64,000 nucleotides of DNA from the human T2T-CHM13v2.0 reference genome, Homo sapiens. This document shows, piece after piece, positions 13,750 through 27,330 of this stretch (within the stretch, counting starts at the first letter, position 1; every line of letters begins with the position of its first letter). The notes under the pieces were generated by a model. The model saw only the letters and a list, made by a program, of their open reading frames with translations, did not search any database and was not told the DNA's origin. The translations under genes and the position numbers were made by a program. The stretch is from assembly GCF_009914755.1 (NCBI RefSeq), contig NC_060936.1. One strand, written 5' to 3'.

Positions 13750-16466
13750 TCCCGTTTCCAACGAAGGCCTCAAAGAGGTCCAAATATCCACTTGCAGACT
13801 TTACAAAGACAGTGTCTCCAAACTCCTCCATCAAAAGAAAGGTTATACTCTGTGAATTGAACGCACACATCACAAAGTAGTTTCTGAGAATGATTCTGTC
13901 TAGTTTTTATACGAAGATATTTCCTTTTCTACATTTGGCCTAAAAGCGCTTGAAATCTCCACCTGCAAATATCACAAAAAGAGGGTTTCACATCTGCTCT
14001 GTCTAAAGGACAGTTCACCTCTGTGAGTTGAATAGAGGCAACACAAAGAACTTAGTCAGTATTCTTCTTTCTAGCGTTCTATGAAGAAATCCCGTTTCCA
14101 ACGAAGGCCCCAATGAGGTCCAAATATCTGCTTGCAGACTTTACAGACAGAGTGTTTCCAAACTACTCTATGAAAAGAAAGCTTAAACTCCTTGAGTTGA
14201 ACGCACACATCACAAAGTAGTTTCTGAGAATGATTCTGTCTAGTTTTTATACGAAGATGTTTCCTTTTCTACATTTGGTCTCAAAGCGATTGAAATCTCC
14301 AACTGGAAATTGCACAAATAGGGTGTTTCAAATCTGCTCTGTCTAAAGGAAGGTTCAACTCTGTGAGTTGAATACACACACCACAAATAAGTTACTGAGA
14401 ATTCTTCTGTCGAACATTACTTGAAGAAATCCCGTTTCCAACGAAGGCCTCAAAGAGGTCCAAATATCCACTTGCAGACATTACAAACAGAGTGTTTCCA
14501 AACTGCTCCATCAAAAGAAAGGTTAAACTCTGTGAGCTGAACCCACACATCAAAAAGAAGTTTCTGTGAATGATTCTGTCTGGATTTTATAAGAAGATGT
14601 TTCCTTTTCTACCGTAGGCCTCAAAGCGCTTGAAATCTCCAGCTGCAAATTCCACAAAAAGGGTGTTTAACATCTGCTCTTCTAAAGGAAAGTTCAACTC
14701 TATGCGTTGAATACACACAGCACAAAGAAGTTACTGAGACTTCTCCTATCAAACATTATATGAAGAAATCCCGTTTCCAACGAAGGCCTCAAAGAGGTCC
14801 AAATATCTGCTTGCAGACTTTACAGACAGAGTGTTTCCAAACTGCTCCATCAAAAGAAAGGTTAAACTCCTTGAGTTGAACACACACATCACAAAGTAGT
14901 TTCTGTGAATGATTCTGTCTAGTTTTTATACGAAGATGTTTCCTTTTCGACCTTTGGTCTCAAAGCGATTGAAATCTCCACATGGAAACACCACAAAAAG
15001 AGTGTTTCAAATCTGCTCTTTCTGAAGGAAGGTTCAACTCTGTGAGTTGAATACACACACCACAAATAAGTTACTGAGAATTCTTCTGTGAAACATTATA
15101 TGAGGAAATCCCGTTTCCAACGAAGGCCTCAAAGAGGTCCAAATATCCACTTGCAGACTTTACAAAGACAGTGTCTCCAAACTCCTCCATCAAAAGAAAG
15201 GTTATACTCTGTGAATTGAACGCACACATCACAAAGTAGTTTCTGAGAATGATTCTGTCTAGTTTTTATACGAAGATATTTCCTTTTCTACATTTGGCCT
15301 AAAAGCGCTTGAAATCTCCACCTGCAAATATCACAAAAAGAGGGTTTCACACCTGCTCTGTCTAATGGACTGTTCACCTCTGTGAGTTGAATAGAGGCAA
15401 CACAAAGAACTTACTCAGTATTCTTCTTTCTAGCGTTCTATGAAGAAATCCCGTTTCCAACGAAGGCCTCAAAGAGGTCCAAATATCTGCTTGCAGACTT
15501 TACAGACAGAGTGTTTCCAAACTACTCTATGAAAAGAAAGCTTAAACTCCTTGAGTTGAACGCACACATCACAAAGTAGTTTCTGAGAATGATTCTGTCT
15601 AGTTTTTATACGAAGATGTTTCCTTTTCTACATTTGTCTCAAAGCGATTGAAATCTCCAACTGGAAACTGCACAAATAGGGTGTTTCAAATCTGCTCTGT
15701 CTGAAGGGAGGTTCAACTCTGTGAGTTCAATACACACACCACAAATAAGTTACTGAGAATTCTTCTGTCGAACATTACATGAAGAAATCCCGTTTCCAAC
15801 GAAGGCCTCAAAGAGGTCCAAATATCCACTTGCAGAGATTACAAACAGTGTGTTTCCAAACTGCTCCATCAAAAGAAAGGTTAAACTCTGTGAGCTGAAC
15901 CCACACATCAAAAAGAAGTTTCTGTGAATGATTCTGTCTAGATTTTATAAGAAGATGTTTCCTTTTCTACCGTAGGCCTCAAAGCGCTTGAAATCTCCAG
16001 CTGCAAATTCCACAAAAAGGGTGTTTAACATCTGCTCTTCTAAAGGAAAGTTCAACTCTATGAGTTGAATACACACAGCACAAAGAAGTTACTGAGACTT
16101 CTCCTATCAAACATTATATGAAGAAATCCCGTTTCCAACGAAGGCCTCAAAGAGGTCCAAATATCTGCTTGCAGACTTTACAGACAGAGTGTTTCCAAAC
16201 TGCTCCATCAAAAGAAAGGTTAAACTCCTTGAGTTGAACACACACATCACAAAGTAGTTTCTGTGAATGATTCTGTCCAGTTTTTATACGAAGATGTTTC
16301 CTTTTCTACCTTTGGTCTCAAAGCGATTGAAATCTCCACATGGAAACTCCACAAAAAGAGTGTTTCAAATCTGCTCTTTCTGAAGGAAGGTTCAACTCTG
16401 TGAGTTGAATACACACACCACAAATAAGTTACTGAGAATTCTTCTGTGTAATATTATATGAGGAAA

Positions 16467-18503
16467 TCCCGTTTCCAACGAAGGCCTCAAAGAGGTCCAA
16501 ATATCCACTTGCAGACTTTACAAAGACAGTGTCTCCAAACTCCTCCATCAAAAGAAAGGTTATACTCTGTGAATTGAACACACACATCACAAAGTAGTTT
16601 CTGAGAATGATTCTGTCTAGTTTTTATACGAAGATATTTCCTTTTCTACATTTGGCCTAAAAGCGCTTGAAATCTGCACGTGCAAATATCACAAAAAGAG
16701 GGTTTCACATCTGCTCTGTCTAAAGGACAGTTCACCTCTGTGAGTTGAATAGAGGCAACACAAAGAACTTACTCAGTATTCTTCTTTCTAGCGTTCTATG
16801 AAGAAATCCCGTTTCCAACGAAGGCCTCAAAGAGGTCCAAATATCTGCTTGCAGACTTTACAGACAGAGTGTTTCCAAACTACTCTATGAAAAGAAAGCT
16901 TAAACTCCTTGAGTTGAACGCACACATCACAAAGTAGTTTCTGAGAATGATTCTGTCTAGTTTTTATACGAAGATGTTTCCTTTTCTACATTTGGTCTCA
17001 AAGCGATTGAAATCTCCAACTGGAAACTGCACAAATAGGGTGTTTCAAATCTGCTCTGTCTAAAGGAAGGTTCAACTCTGTGAGTTGAATACACACACCA
17101 CAAATAAGTTACTGAGAATTCTTCTGTCGAACATTACTTGAAGAAATCCCGTTTCCAAAGAAGGCCTCAAAGAGGTCCAAATATCCACCTGCAGACATTA
17201 CAAACAGAGTGTTTCCAAACTGCTCCATCAAAAGAAAGGTTAAACTCTGTGAGCTGAACACACACATCAAAAAGAAGTTTCTGTGAATGATTCTGTCTAG
17301 ATTTTATAAGAAGATGTTTCCTTTTCTACCGTAGGCCTCAAAGCGCTTGAAATCTCCAGCTGCAAATTCCACAAAAAGGGTGTTTAACATCTGCTCTTCT
17401 AAAGGAAAGTTCAGCTCAATGAGTTGAATACACACAGCACAAAGAAGTTACTGAGACTTCTCCTATCAAACATTATATGAAGAAATCCCGTTTCCAACGA
17501 AGGCCCCAAAGAGGTCCAAATATCTGCTTGCAGACTTTACAAAGACAGTGTCTCCAAACTCCTCCATCAAAAGAAAGGTTATACTCTGTGAATTGAACGC
17601 ACACATCACAAAGTAGTTTCTGAGAATGATTCTGTCTAGTTTTTATATGAAGATATTTCCTTTTCTACATTTGGCCTAAAAGCGCTTGAAATCTCCACCT
17701 GCAAATATCACAAAAAGAGGGTTTCACATCTGCTCTTTCTAAAGGACAGTTCACCTGTGTGAGTTGAATAGAGGCAACACAAAGAACTTACTCAGTATTC
17801 TTCTTTCTAGCGTTCTATGAAGAAATCCCGTTTCCAACGAAGGCCCCAAAGAGGTCCAAATATCTGCTTGCAGACTTTACAGACAGTGTTTCCAAACTAC
17901 TTTATGAAAAGAAAGCTTAAACTCCTTGAGTTGAACGCTCACATCACAAAGTAGTTTCTGAGAATGATTCTGTCTAGTTTTAATACGAAGATGTTTCCTT
18001 TTCTACATTTGGTCTCAAAGCGATTGAAATCTCCAACTGGAAACTGCACAAATAGGGTGTTTCAAATCTGCTCTGTCTAAAGGAAGGTTCAACTCTGTGA
18101 GTTGAATACACACACCACAAATAAGTTACTGAGAATTCTTCTGTCGAACATTACTTGAAGAAATCCCGTTTCCAACGAAGGCCTCAAAGAGGTCCAAATA
18201 TCTGTTTGCAGACTTTACAGATAGAGTGTTTCCAAACTGCTCCATGAAAAGAAAGGTTAAACTCCTTGAGTTGATCACACACATCACAAAGTAGTTTCTG
18301 TGAATGATTCTGTCTAGTTTTTATACGAAGATGTTTCCTTTTCTACCTTTGGTCTCAAAGCGATTGAAATCTCCACATGGAAACTCCACAAAAAGAGGGT
18401 TTCAAATCTGCTCTTTCTGAAGGAAGGTTCACCTCTGTGAGTTGAATAAACACACCACAAATAAGTTACTGAGAATTCTTCTGTGTAACATTATATGAGG
18501 AAA
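16467..18503 (-). repeat. Composite 12-monomer unit: 6-mer A-B-C plus 6-mer A-B-D
   Basis: C-to-A junction at box 17486 and B-to-D junction at box 18164. Confidence 0.88.
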
Positions 18504-21500
18504 TCCCGTTTCCAACGAAGGCCTCAAAGAGGTCCAAATATCCACTTGCAGACTTTAGAAACACAGTGTCTCCAAACTCCTCCATCAAAAGAAAGGTTAT
18601 ACTCTGTGAAATGAACGCACACATCAGAAAGTAGTTTCTGAGAATGATTCTGTCTAGTTTTTATACGAAGATATTTCCTTTTCTACATTTGGCCTAAAAG
18701 CGCTTGAAATCTCCACCTGCAAATATCACAAAAAGAGGGTTTCACATCTGCTCTGTCTAAAGGACAGTTCACCTCTGCGAGTTGAATAGAGGCAACACAA
18801 AGAACTTACTCAGTATTCTTCTTTCTAGCGTTCCATGAAGAAATCCCGTTTCCAACGAAGGCCCCAAAGAGGTCCAAATATCTGCTTGCAGACTTTACAG
18901 ACAGAGTGTTTCCAAACTACTCTATGAAAAGAAAGCTTAAACTCCTTGAGTTGAACGCACACATCACAAAGTAGTTTCTGAGAATAATTCTGTCTAGTTT
19001 TTATACGAAGATGTTTCCTTTTCTACATTTGGTCTCAAAGCGATTGAAATCTCCAACTGGAAACTGCACAAATAGGGTGTTTCAAATCTGCTCTGTCTAA
19101 AGGAAGGTTCAACTCTGTGAGTTGAATACACACACCACAAATAAGTTACTGAGAATTCTTCTGTCGAACATTACAGGAAGAAATCCCGTTTCCAACGAAG
19201 GCCTCAAAGAGGTCCAAATATCCACTTGCAGACATTACAAACAGTGTGTTTCCAAACTTCTCCATCAAAAGAAAGGTTAAACTCTGTGAGCTGAACACAC
19301 ACATCAAAAAGAAGTTTCTGTGAATGATTATGTCTAGATTTTATAAGAAGATGTTTCCTTTTCTACCGTAGGCCTCAAAGCGCTTGAAATCTCCAGCTGC
19401 AAATTCCACAAAAAGGGTGTTTAACATCTGCTCTTCTAAAGGAAAGTTCAACTCTATGAGTTGAATACACACAGCACAAAGAAGTTACTGAGACTTCTCC
19501 TATCAAACATTATATGAAAAAATCCCGTTTCCAACGAAGGCCTCAAAGCGGTCCAAATATGTGCTTGCAGACTTTAAAGACAGAGTTTTTCCAAACTGCT
19601 CCATCAAAAGAAAGGTTAAACTCCTTGAGTTGAACACACACATCACAAAGTAGTTTCTGTGAATGATTCTGTCTAGTTTTTATACGAAGATGTTTCCTTT
19701 TCTACCTTTGGTCTCAAAGCGATTGAAATCTCCACATGGAAACTCCACAAAAAGAGTGTTTCAAATCTGCTCTTTCTGAAGGAAGGTTCAACTCTGTGAG
19801 TTGAATACACACACCACAAATAAGTTACTGAGAATTCTTCTGTGTAACATTATATGAGGAAATCCCGTTTCCAACGAAGGCCTCAAAGAGGTCCAAATAT
19901 CCACTTGCAGACTTTACAAAGACAGTGTCTCCAAACTCCTCCATCAAAAGAAAGGTTATACTCTGTGAATTGAACGCACACATCACAAAGTAGTTTCTGA
20001 GAATGATTCTGTCTAGTTTTTATACGAAGATATTTCCTTTTCTACATTTGGCCTGAAAGCGCTTGAAATCTCCACGTGCAAATATCACAAAAAGAGGGTT
20101 TCACATCTGCTCTGTCTAAAGGACAGTTCACCTCTGTGAGTTGAATAGAGGCAACACAAAGAACTTACTCAGTATTCTTCTTTCTAGCGTTCTATGAAGA
20201 AATCCCGTTTCCAACGAAGGCCTCAAAGAGGTCCAAATATCTGCTTGCAGACTTTACAGACAGAGTGTTTCCAAACTACTCTATGAAAAGAAAGCTTAAA
20301 CTCCTTGAGTTGAACGCACACATCACAAAGTAGTTTCTGAGAATGATTCTGTCTAGTTTTTATACGAAGATGTTTCCTTTTCTACATTTGGTCTCAAAGC
20401 GATTGAAATCTCCAACTGGAAACTGCACAAATAGGGTGTTTCAAATCTGCTCTGTCTAAAGGAAGGTTCAACTCTGTGAGTTGAATACACACACCACAAA
20501 TAAGTTATTGAGAATTCTTCTGTCGAACATTACTTGAAGAAATCCCGTTTCCAACGAAGGCCTCAAAGAGGTCCAAATATCCACTTGCAGATATTACAAA
20601 CAGAGTGTTTCCAAACGGCTCCATCAAAAGAAAGGTTAAACTCTGTGAGCTGAACACACACATCAAAAAGAAGTTTCTGTGAATGATTCTGTCTAGATTT
20701 TATAAGAAGATGTTTCCTTTTCTACCGTAGGACTCAAAGCGCTTGAAATCTCCAGCTGCAAATTCCACAAAAAGGGTGTTTAACATCTGCTCTTCTAAAG
20801 GAAAGTTCAACTCAATGAGTTGAATACACACAGCACAAAGAAGTTACTGAGACTTCTCCTATCAAACATTATATGAAGAAATCCCGTTTCCAACGAAGGC
20901 CTCAAAGAGGTCAAAATATGTGCTTGCAGACTTTAAAGACAGAGTTTTTCCAAACTGCTCCATCAAAAGAAAGGTTAAACTCCTTGAGTTGAACACACAC
21001 ATCACAAAGTAGTTTCTGTGAATGATTCTGTCTAGTTTTTATACGAAGATGTTTCCTTTTCTACCTTTAGTCTCAAAGCGATTGAAATCTCCACATGGAA
21101 ACTCCACAAAAAGAGTGTTTCAAATCTGCTCTTTCTGAAGGAAGGTTCAACTCTGTGAGTTGAATACACACACCAGAAATAAGTTACTGAGAATTCTTCT
21201 GTGTAAAATTATATGAGGAAATCCCGTTTCCAACGAAGGCCTCAAAGAGGTCCAAATATCCACTTGCAGACTTTACAAAGACAGTGTCTCCAAACTCCTC
21301 CATCAAAAGAAAGGTTATACTCTGTGAATTGAACGCACACATCACAAAGTAGTTTCTGAGAATGATTCTGTCTAGTTTTTATACGAAGATATTTCCTTTT
21401 CTACATTTGGCCTAAAAGCGCTTGAAATCTCCACCTGCAAATATCACAAAAAGAGGGTTTCACATCTGCTCTGTCTAAAGGACAGTTCACCTCTGTGAGT

Positions 21501-24500
21501 TGAATAGAGGCAACACAAAGAACTTAGTCAGTATTCTTCTTTCTAGCGTTCTATGAAGAAATCCCGTTTCCAACGAAGGCCCCAATGAGGTCCAAATATC
21601 TGCTTGCAGACTTTACAGACAGAGTGTTTCCAAACTACTCTATGAAAAGAAAGCTTAAACTCCTTGAGTTGAACGCACACATCACAAAGTAGTTTCTGAG
21701 AATGATTCTGTCTAGTTTTTATACGAAGATGTTTCCTTTTCTACATTTGGTCTCAAAGCGATTGAAATCTCCAACTGGAAACTGCACAAATAGGGTGTTT
21801 CAAATCTGCTCTGTCTAAAGGAAGGTTCAACTCTGTGAGTTGAATACACACACCACAAATAAGTTACTGAGAATTCTTCTGTCGAACATTACTTGAAGAA
21901 ATCCCGTTTCCAACGAAGGCCTCAAAGAGGTCCAAATATCCACTTGCAGACATTACAAACAGAGTGTTTCCAAACTGCTCCATCAAAAGAAAGGTTAAAC
22001 TCTGTGAGCTGAACACACACATCAAAAAGAAGTTTCTGTGAATGATTCTGTCTGGATTTTATAAGAAGATGTTTCCTTTTCTACCGTAGGCCTCAAAGCG
22101 CTTGAAATCTCCAGCTGCAAATTCCACAAAAAGGGTGTTTAACATCTGCTCTTCTAAAGGAAAGTTCAACTCTATGAGTTGAATACACACAGCACAAAGA
22201 AGTTACTGAGACTTCTCCTATCAAACATTATATGAAGAAATCCCGTTTCCAACGAAGGCCTCAAAGAGGTCCAAATATCTGCTTGCAGACTTTACAGACA
22301 GAGTGTTTCCAAACTGCTCCATCAAAAGAAAGTTTAAACTCCTTGAGTTGAACACACACATCACAAAGTAGTTTCTGTGAATGATTCTGTCTAGTTTTTA
22401 TACGAAGATGTTTCCTTTTCTACCTTTGGTCTCAAAGCGATTGAAATCTCCACATGGAAACACCACAAAAAGAGTGTTTCAAATCTGCTCTTTCTGAAGG
22501 AAGGTTCAACTCTGTGAGTTGAATACACACACCACAAATAAGTTACTGAGAATTCTTCTGTGTAACATTATATGAGGAAATCCCGTTTCCAACGAAGGCC
22601 TCAAAGAGGTCCAAATATCCACTTGCAGACTTTACAAAGACAGTGTCTCCAAACTCCTCCATCAAAAGAAAGGTTATACTCTGTGAATTGAACGCACACA
22701 TCACAAAGTAGTTTCTGAGAATGATTCTGTCTAGTTTTTATACGAAGATATTTCCTTTTCTACATTTGGCCTAAAAGCGCTTGAAATCTCCACCTGCAAA
22801 TATCACAAAAAGAGGGTTTCACACCTGCTCTGTCTAAAGGACAGTTCACCTCTGTGAGTTGAATAGAGGCAACACAAAGAACTTACTCAGTATTCTTCTT
22901 TCTAGCGTTCTATTAAGAAATCCCGTTTACAACGAAGGCCTCAAAGAGGTCCAAATATCTGCTTGCAGACTTTACAGACAGAGTGTTTCCAAACTACTCT
23001 ATGAAAAGAAAGCTTAAACTCCTTGAGTTGAACGCACACATCACAAAGTAGTTTCTGAGAATGATTCTGTCTAGTTTTTATACGAAGATATTTCCTTTTC
23101 TACATTTGTCTCAAAGCGATTGAAATCTCCAACTGGAAACTGCACAAATAGGGTGTTTCAAATCTGCTCTGTCTAAAGGGAGGTTCAACTCTGTGAGTTC
23201 AATACACACACCACAAATAAGTTACTGAGAATTCTTCTGTCGAACATTACATGAAGAAATCCCGTTTCCAACGAAGGCCTCAAAGAGGTCCAAATATCCA
23301 CTTGCAGAGATTACAAACAGTGTGTTTCCAAACTGCTCCATCAAAAGAAAGGTTAAACTCTGTGAGCTGAACACACACATCAAAAAGATGTTTCTGTGAA
23401 TGATTCTGTCTAGATTTTATAAGAAGATGTTTCCTTTTCTACAGTAGGCCTCAAAGCGCTTGAAATCTCCAGCTGCAAATTCCACAAAAAGGGTGTTTAA
23501 CATCTGCTCTTCTAAAGGAAAGTTCAAATCTATGAGTTGAATACACACAGCACAAAGAAGTTACTGAGACTTCTCCTATCAAACATTATATGAAGAAATC
23601 CCGTTTCCAACGAAGGCCTCAAAGAGGTCCAAATATCTGCTTGCAGACTTTACAGACAGAGTTTTTCCAAACTGCTCCATCAAAAGAAAGGTTAAACTCC
23701 TTGAGTTGAACACACACATCACAAAGTAGTTTCTGTGAATGATTCTGTCTAGTTTTTAAACGAAGATGTTTCCTTTTCTACCTTTGGTCTCAATGCGATT
23801 GAAATCTCCACATGGAAATTCCACAAAAAGAGTGTTTCAAATCTGCTCTTTCTGAAGGAAGGTTCAACTCTGTGAGTTGAATACACACACCACAAATAAG
23901 TTACTGAGAATTCTTCTGTGTAACATTATATGAGGAAATCCCGTTTCCAACGAAGGCCTCAAAGAGGTCCAAATATCCACTTGCAGACTTTACAAAGACA
24001 GTGTCTCCAAACTCCGCCATCAAAAGAAAGGTTATACTCTGTGAATTGAACGCACACATCACAAAGTAGTTTCTGAGAATGATTCTGTCTAGTTTTTATA
24101 CGAAGATATTTCCTTTTCTACATTTGGCCTAAAAGCGCTTGAAATCTCCACCTGCAAATATCACAAAAAGAGGGTTTCACATCTGCTCTGTCTAAAGGAC
24201 AGTTCACCTCTGTGAGTTGAATAGAGGCAACACAAAGAACTTACTCAGTATTCTTCTTTCTAGCGTTCTATGAAGAAATCCCGTTTCCAACGAAGGCCCC
24301 AAAGAGGTCCAAATATCTGCTTGCAGACTTTACAGACAGAGTGTTTCCAAACTACTCTATGAAAAGAAAGCTTAAACTCCTTGAGTTGAACGCACACATC
24401 ACAAAGAGTTTCTGAGAATGATTCTGTCTAGTTTTTATACGAAGATGTTTCCTTTTCTACATTTGGTCTCAAAGCGATTGAAATCTCCAACTGGAAACTG

Positions 24501-25293
24501 CACAAATAGGGTGTTTCAAATTTGCTCTGTCTAAAGGAAGGTTCAACTCTGTGAGTTGAATACACACACCACAAATAAGTTACTGAGAATTCTTCTCCCG
24601 AACATTACTTGAAGAAATCCCGTTTCCAACGAAGGCCTCAAAGAGGTCCAAATATCCACTTGCAGACATTACAAACAGAGTGTTTCCAAACTGCTCCATC
24701 AAAAGAAAGGTTAAACTCTGTGAGCTGAACACACACATCAAAAAGAAGTTTCTGTGAATGATTCTGTCTAGATTTTATAAGATGTTTCCTTTTCTACCGT
24801 AGGCCTCAAAGCGCTTGAAATCTCCAGCTGCAAATTCCACAAAAAGGGTGTTTAACATCTGCTCTTCTAAAGGAAAGTTCAACTCTATGAGTTGAATACA
24901 CACAGCACAAAGAAGTTACTGAGACTTCTCCTATCAAACATTATATGAAGAAATCCCGTTTCCAACGAAGGCCTCAAAGAGGTCCAAATATCTGCTTGCA
25001 GACTTTACAGACAGAGTGTTTCCAAACTGCTCCATCAAAAGAAAGGTTAAACTCCTTGAGTTGAACACACACATCACAAAGTAGTTTCTGTGAATGATTC
25101 TGTCCAGTTTTTATACGAAGATGTTTCCTTTTCTACCTTTGGTCTCAAAGCGATTGAAATCTCCACATGGAAACTCCACAAAAAGAGTGTTTCAAATCTG
25201 CTCTTTCTGAAGGAAGGTTCAACTCTGTGAGTTGAATACACACACCACAAATAAGTTACTGAGAATTCTTCTGTGTAACATTATATGAGGAAA

Positions 25294-27330
25294 TCCCGTT
25301 TCCAACGAAGGCCTCAAAGAGGTCCAAATATCCACTTGCAGACTTTACAAAGACAGTGTCTCCAAACTCCTCCATCAAAAGAAAGGTTATACTCTGTGAA
25401 TTGAACGCACACATCACAAAGTAGTTTCTGAGAATGATTCTGTCTAGTTTTTATACGAAGATATTTCCTTTTCTACATTTGGCCTAAAAGCGCTTGAAAT
25501 CTGCACGTGCAAATATCACAAAAAGAGGGTTTCACATCTGCTCTGTCTAAAGGACAGTTCACCTCTGTGAGTTGAATAGAGGCAACACAAAGAACTTACT
25601 CAGTATTCTTCTTTCTAGCGTTCTATGAAGAAATCCCGTTTCCAACGAAGGCCTCAAAGAGGTCCAAATATCTGCTTGCAGACTTTACAGACAGAGTGTT
25701 TCCAAACTACTCTATGAAAAGAAAGCTTAAACTCCTTGAGTTGAACGCACACATCACAAAGTAGTTTCTGAGAATGATTCTGTCTAGTTTTTATACGAAG
25801 ATGTTTCCTTTTCTACATTTGGTCTCAAAGCGATTGAAATCTCCAACTGGAAACTGCACAAATAGGGTGTTTCAAATCTGCTCTGTCTAAAGGAAGGTTC
25901 AACTCTGTGAGTTGAATACACACACCACAAATAAGTTACTGAGAATTCTTCTGTCGAACATTACTTGAAGAAATCCCGTTTCCAAAGAAGGCCTCAAAGA
26001 GGTCCAAATATCCACTTGCAGACATTACAAACAGAGTGTTTCCAAACTGCTCCATCAAAAGAAAGGTTAAACTCTGTGAGCTGAACACACACATCAAAAA
26101 GAAGTTTCTGTGAATGATTCTGTCTAGATTTTATAAGAAGATGTTTCCTTTTCTACCGTAGGCCTCAAAGCGCTTGAAATCTCCAGCTGCAAATTCCACA
26201 AAAAGGGTGTTTAACATCTGCTCTTCTAAAGGAAAGTTCAGCTCAATGAGTTGAATACACACAGCACAAAGAAGTTACTGAGACTTCTCCTATCAAACAT
26301 TATATGAAGAAATCCCGATTCCAACGAAGGCCCCAAAGAGGTCCAAATATCTGCTTGCAGACTTTACAAAGACAGTGTCTCCAAACTCCTCCATCAAAAG
26401 AAAGGTTATACTCTGTGAATTGAACGCACACATCACAAAGTAGTTTCTGAGAATGATTCTGTCTAGTTTTTATATGAAGATATTTCCTTTTCTACATTTG
26501 GCCTAAAAGCGCTTGAAATCTCCACCTGCAAATATCACAAAAAGAGGGTTTCACATCTGCTCTTTCTAAAGGACAGTTCACCTCTGTGAGTTGAATAGAG
26601 GCAACACAAAGAACTTACTCAGTATTCTTCTTTCTAGCGTTCTATGAAGAAATCCCGTTTCCAACGAAGGCCCCAAAGAGGTCCAAATATCTGCTTGCAG
26701 ACTTTACAGACAGTGTTTCCAAACTACTTTATGAAAAGAAAGCTTAAACTCCTTGAGTTGAACGCTCACATCACAAAGTAGTTTCTGAGAATGATTCTGT
26801 CTAGTTTTAATACGAAGATGTTTCCTTTTCTACATTTGGTCTCAAAGCGATTGAAATCTCCAACTGGAAACTGCACAAATAGGGTGTTTCAAATCTGCTC
26901 TGTCTAAAGGAAGGTTCAACTCTGTGAGTTGAATACACACACCACAAATAAGTTACTGAGAATTCTTCTGTCGAACATTACTTGAAGAAATCCCGTTTCC
27001 AACGAAGGCCTCAAAGAGGTCCAAATATCTGTTTGCAGACTTTACAGATAGAGTGTTTCCAAACTGCTCCATGAAAAGAAAGGTTAAACTCCTTGAGTTG
27101 ATCACACACATCACAAAGTAGTTTCTGTGAATGATTCTGTCTAGTTTTTATACGAAGATGTTTCCTTTTCTACCTTTGGTCTCAAAGCGATTGAAATCTC
27201 CACATGGAAACTCCACAAAAAGAGGGTTTCAAATCTGCTCTTTCTGAAGGAAGGTTCACCTCTGTGAGTTGAATAAACACACCACAAATAAGTTACTGAG
27301 AATTCTTCTGTGTAACATTATATGAGGAAA
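25294..27330 (-). repeat. Composite 12-monomer unit A-B-C plus A-B-D, second copy
   Basis: Junctions at boxes 26313 and 26991, with private variants matching 16467-18503 at offset 8827. Confidence 0.88.

Noticed and set aside
24770-24790. 3-bp deletion (ataagatg) like the right-domain marker
   Set aside because: It lacks the linked tcaag and ccattt variants and could be independent slippage in aagaag, so it is not used as evidence of shared ancestry.
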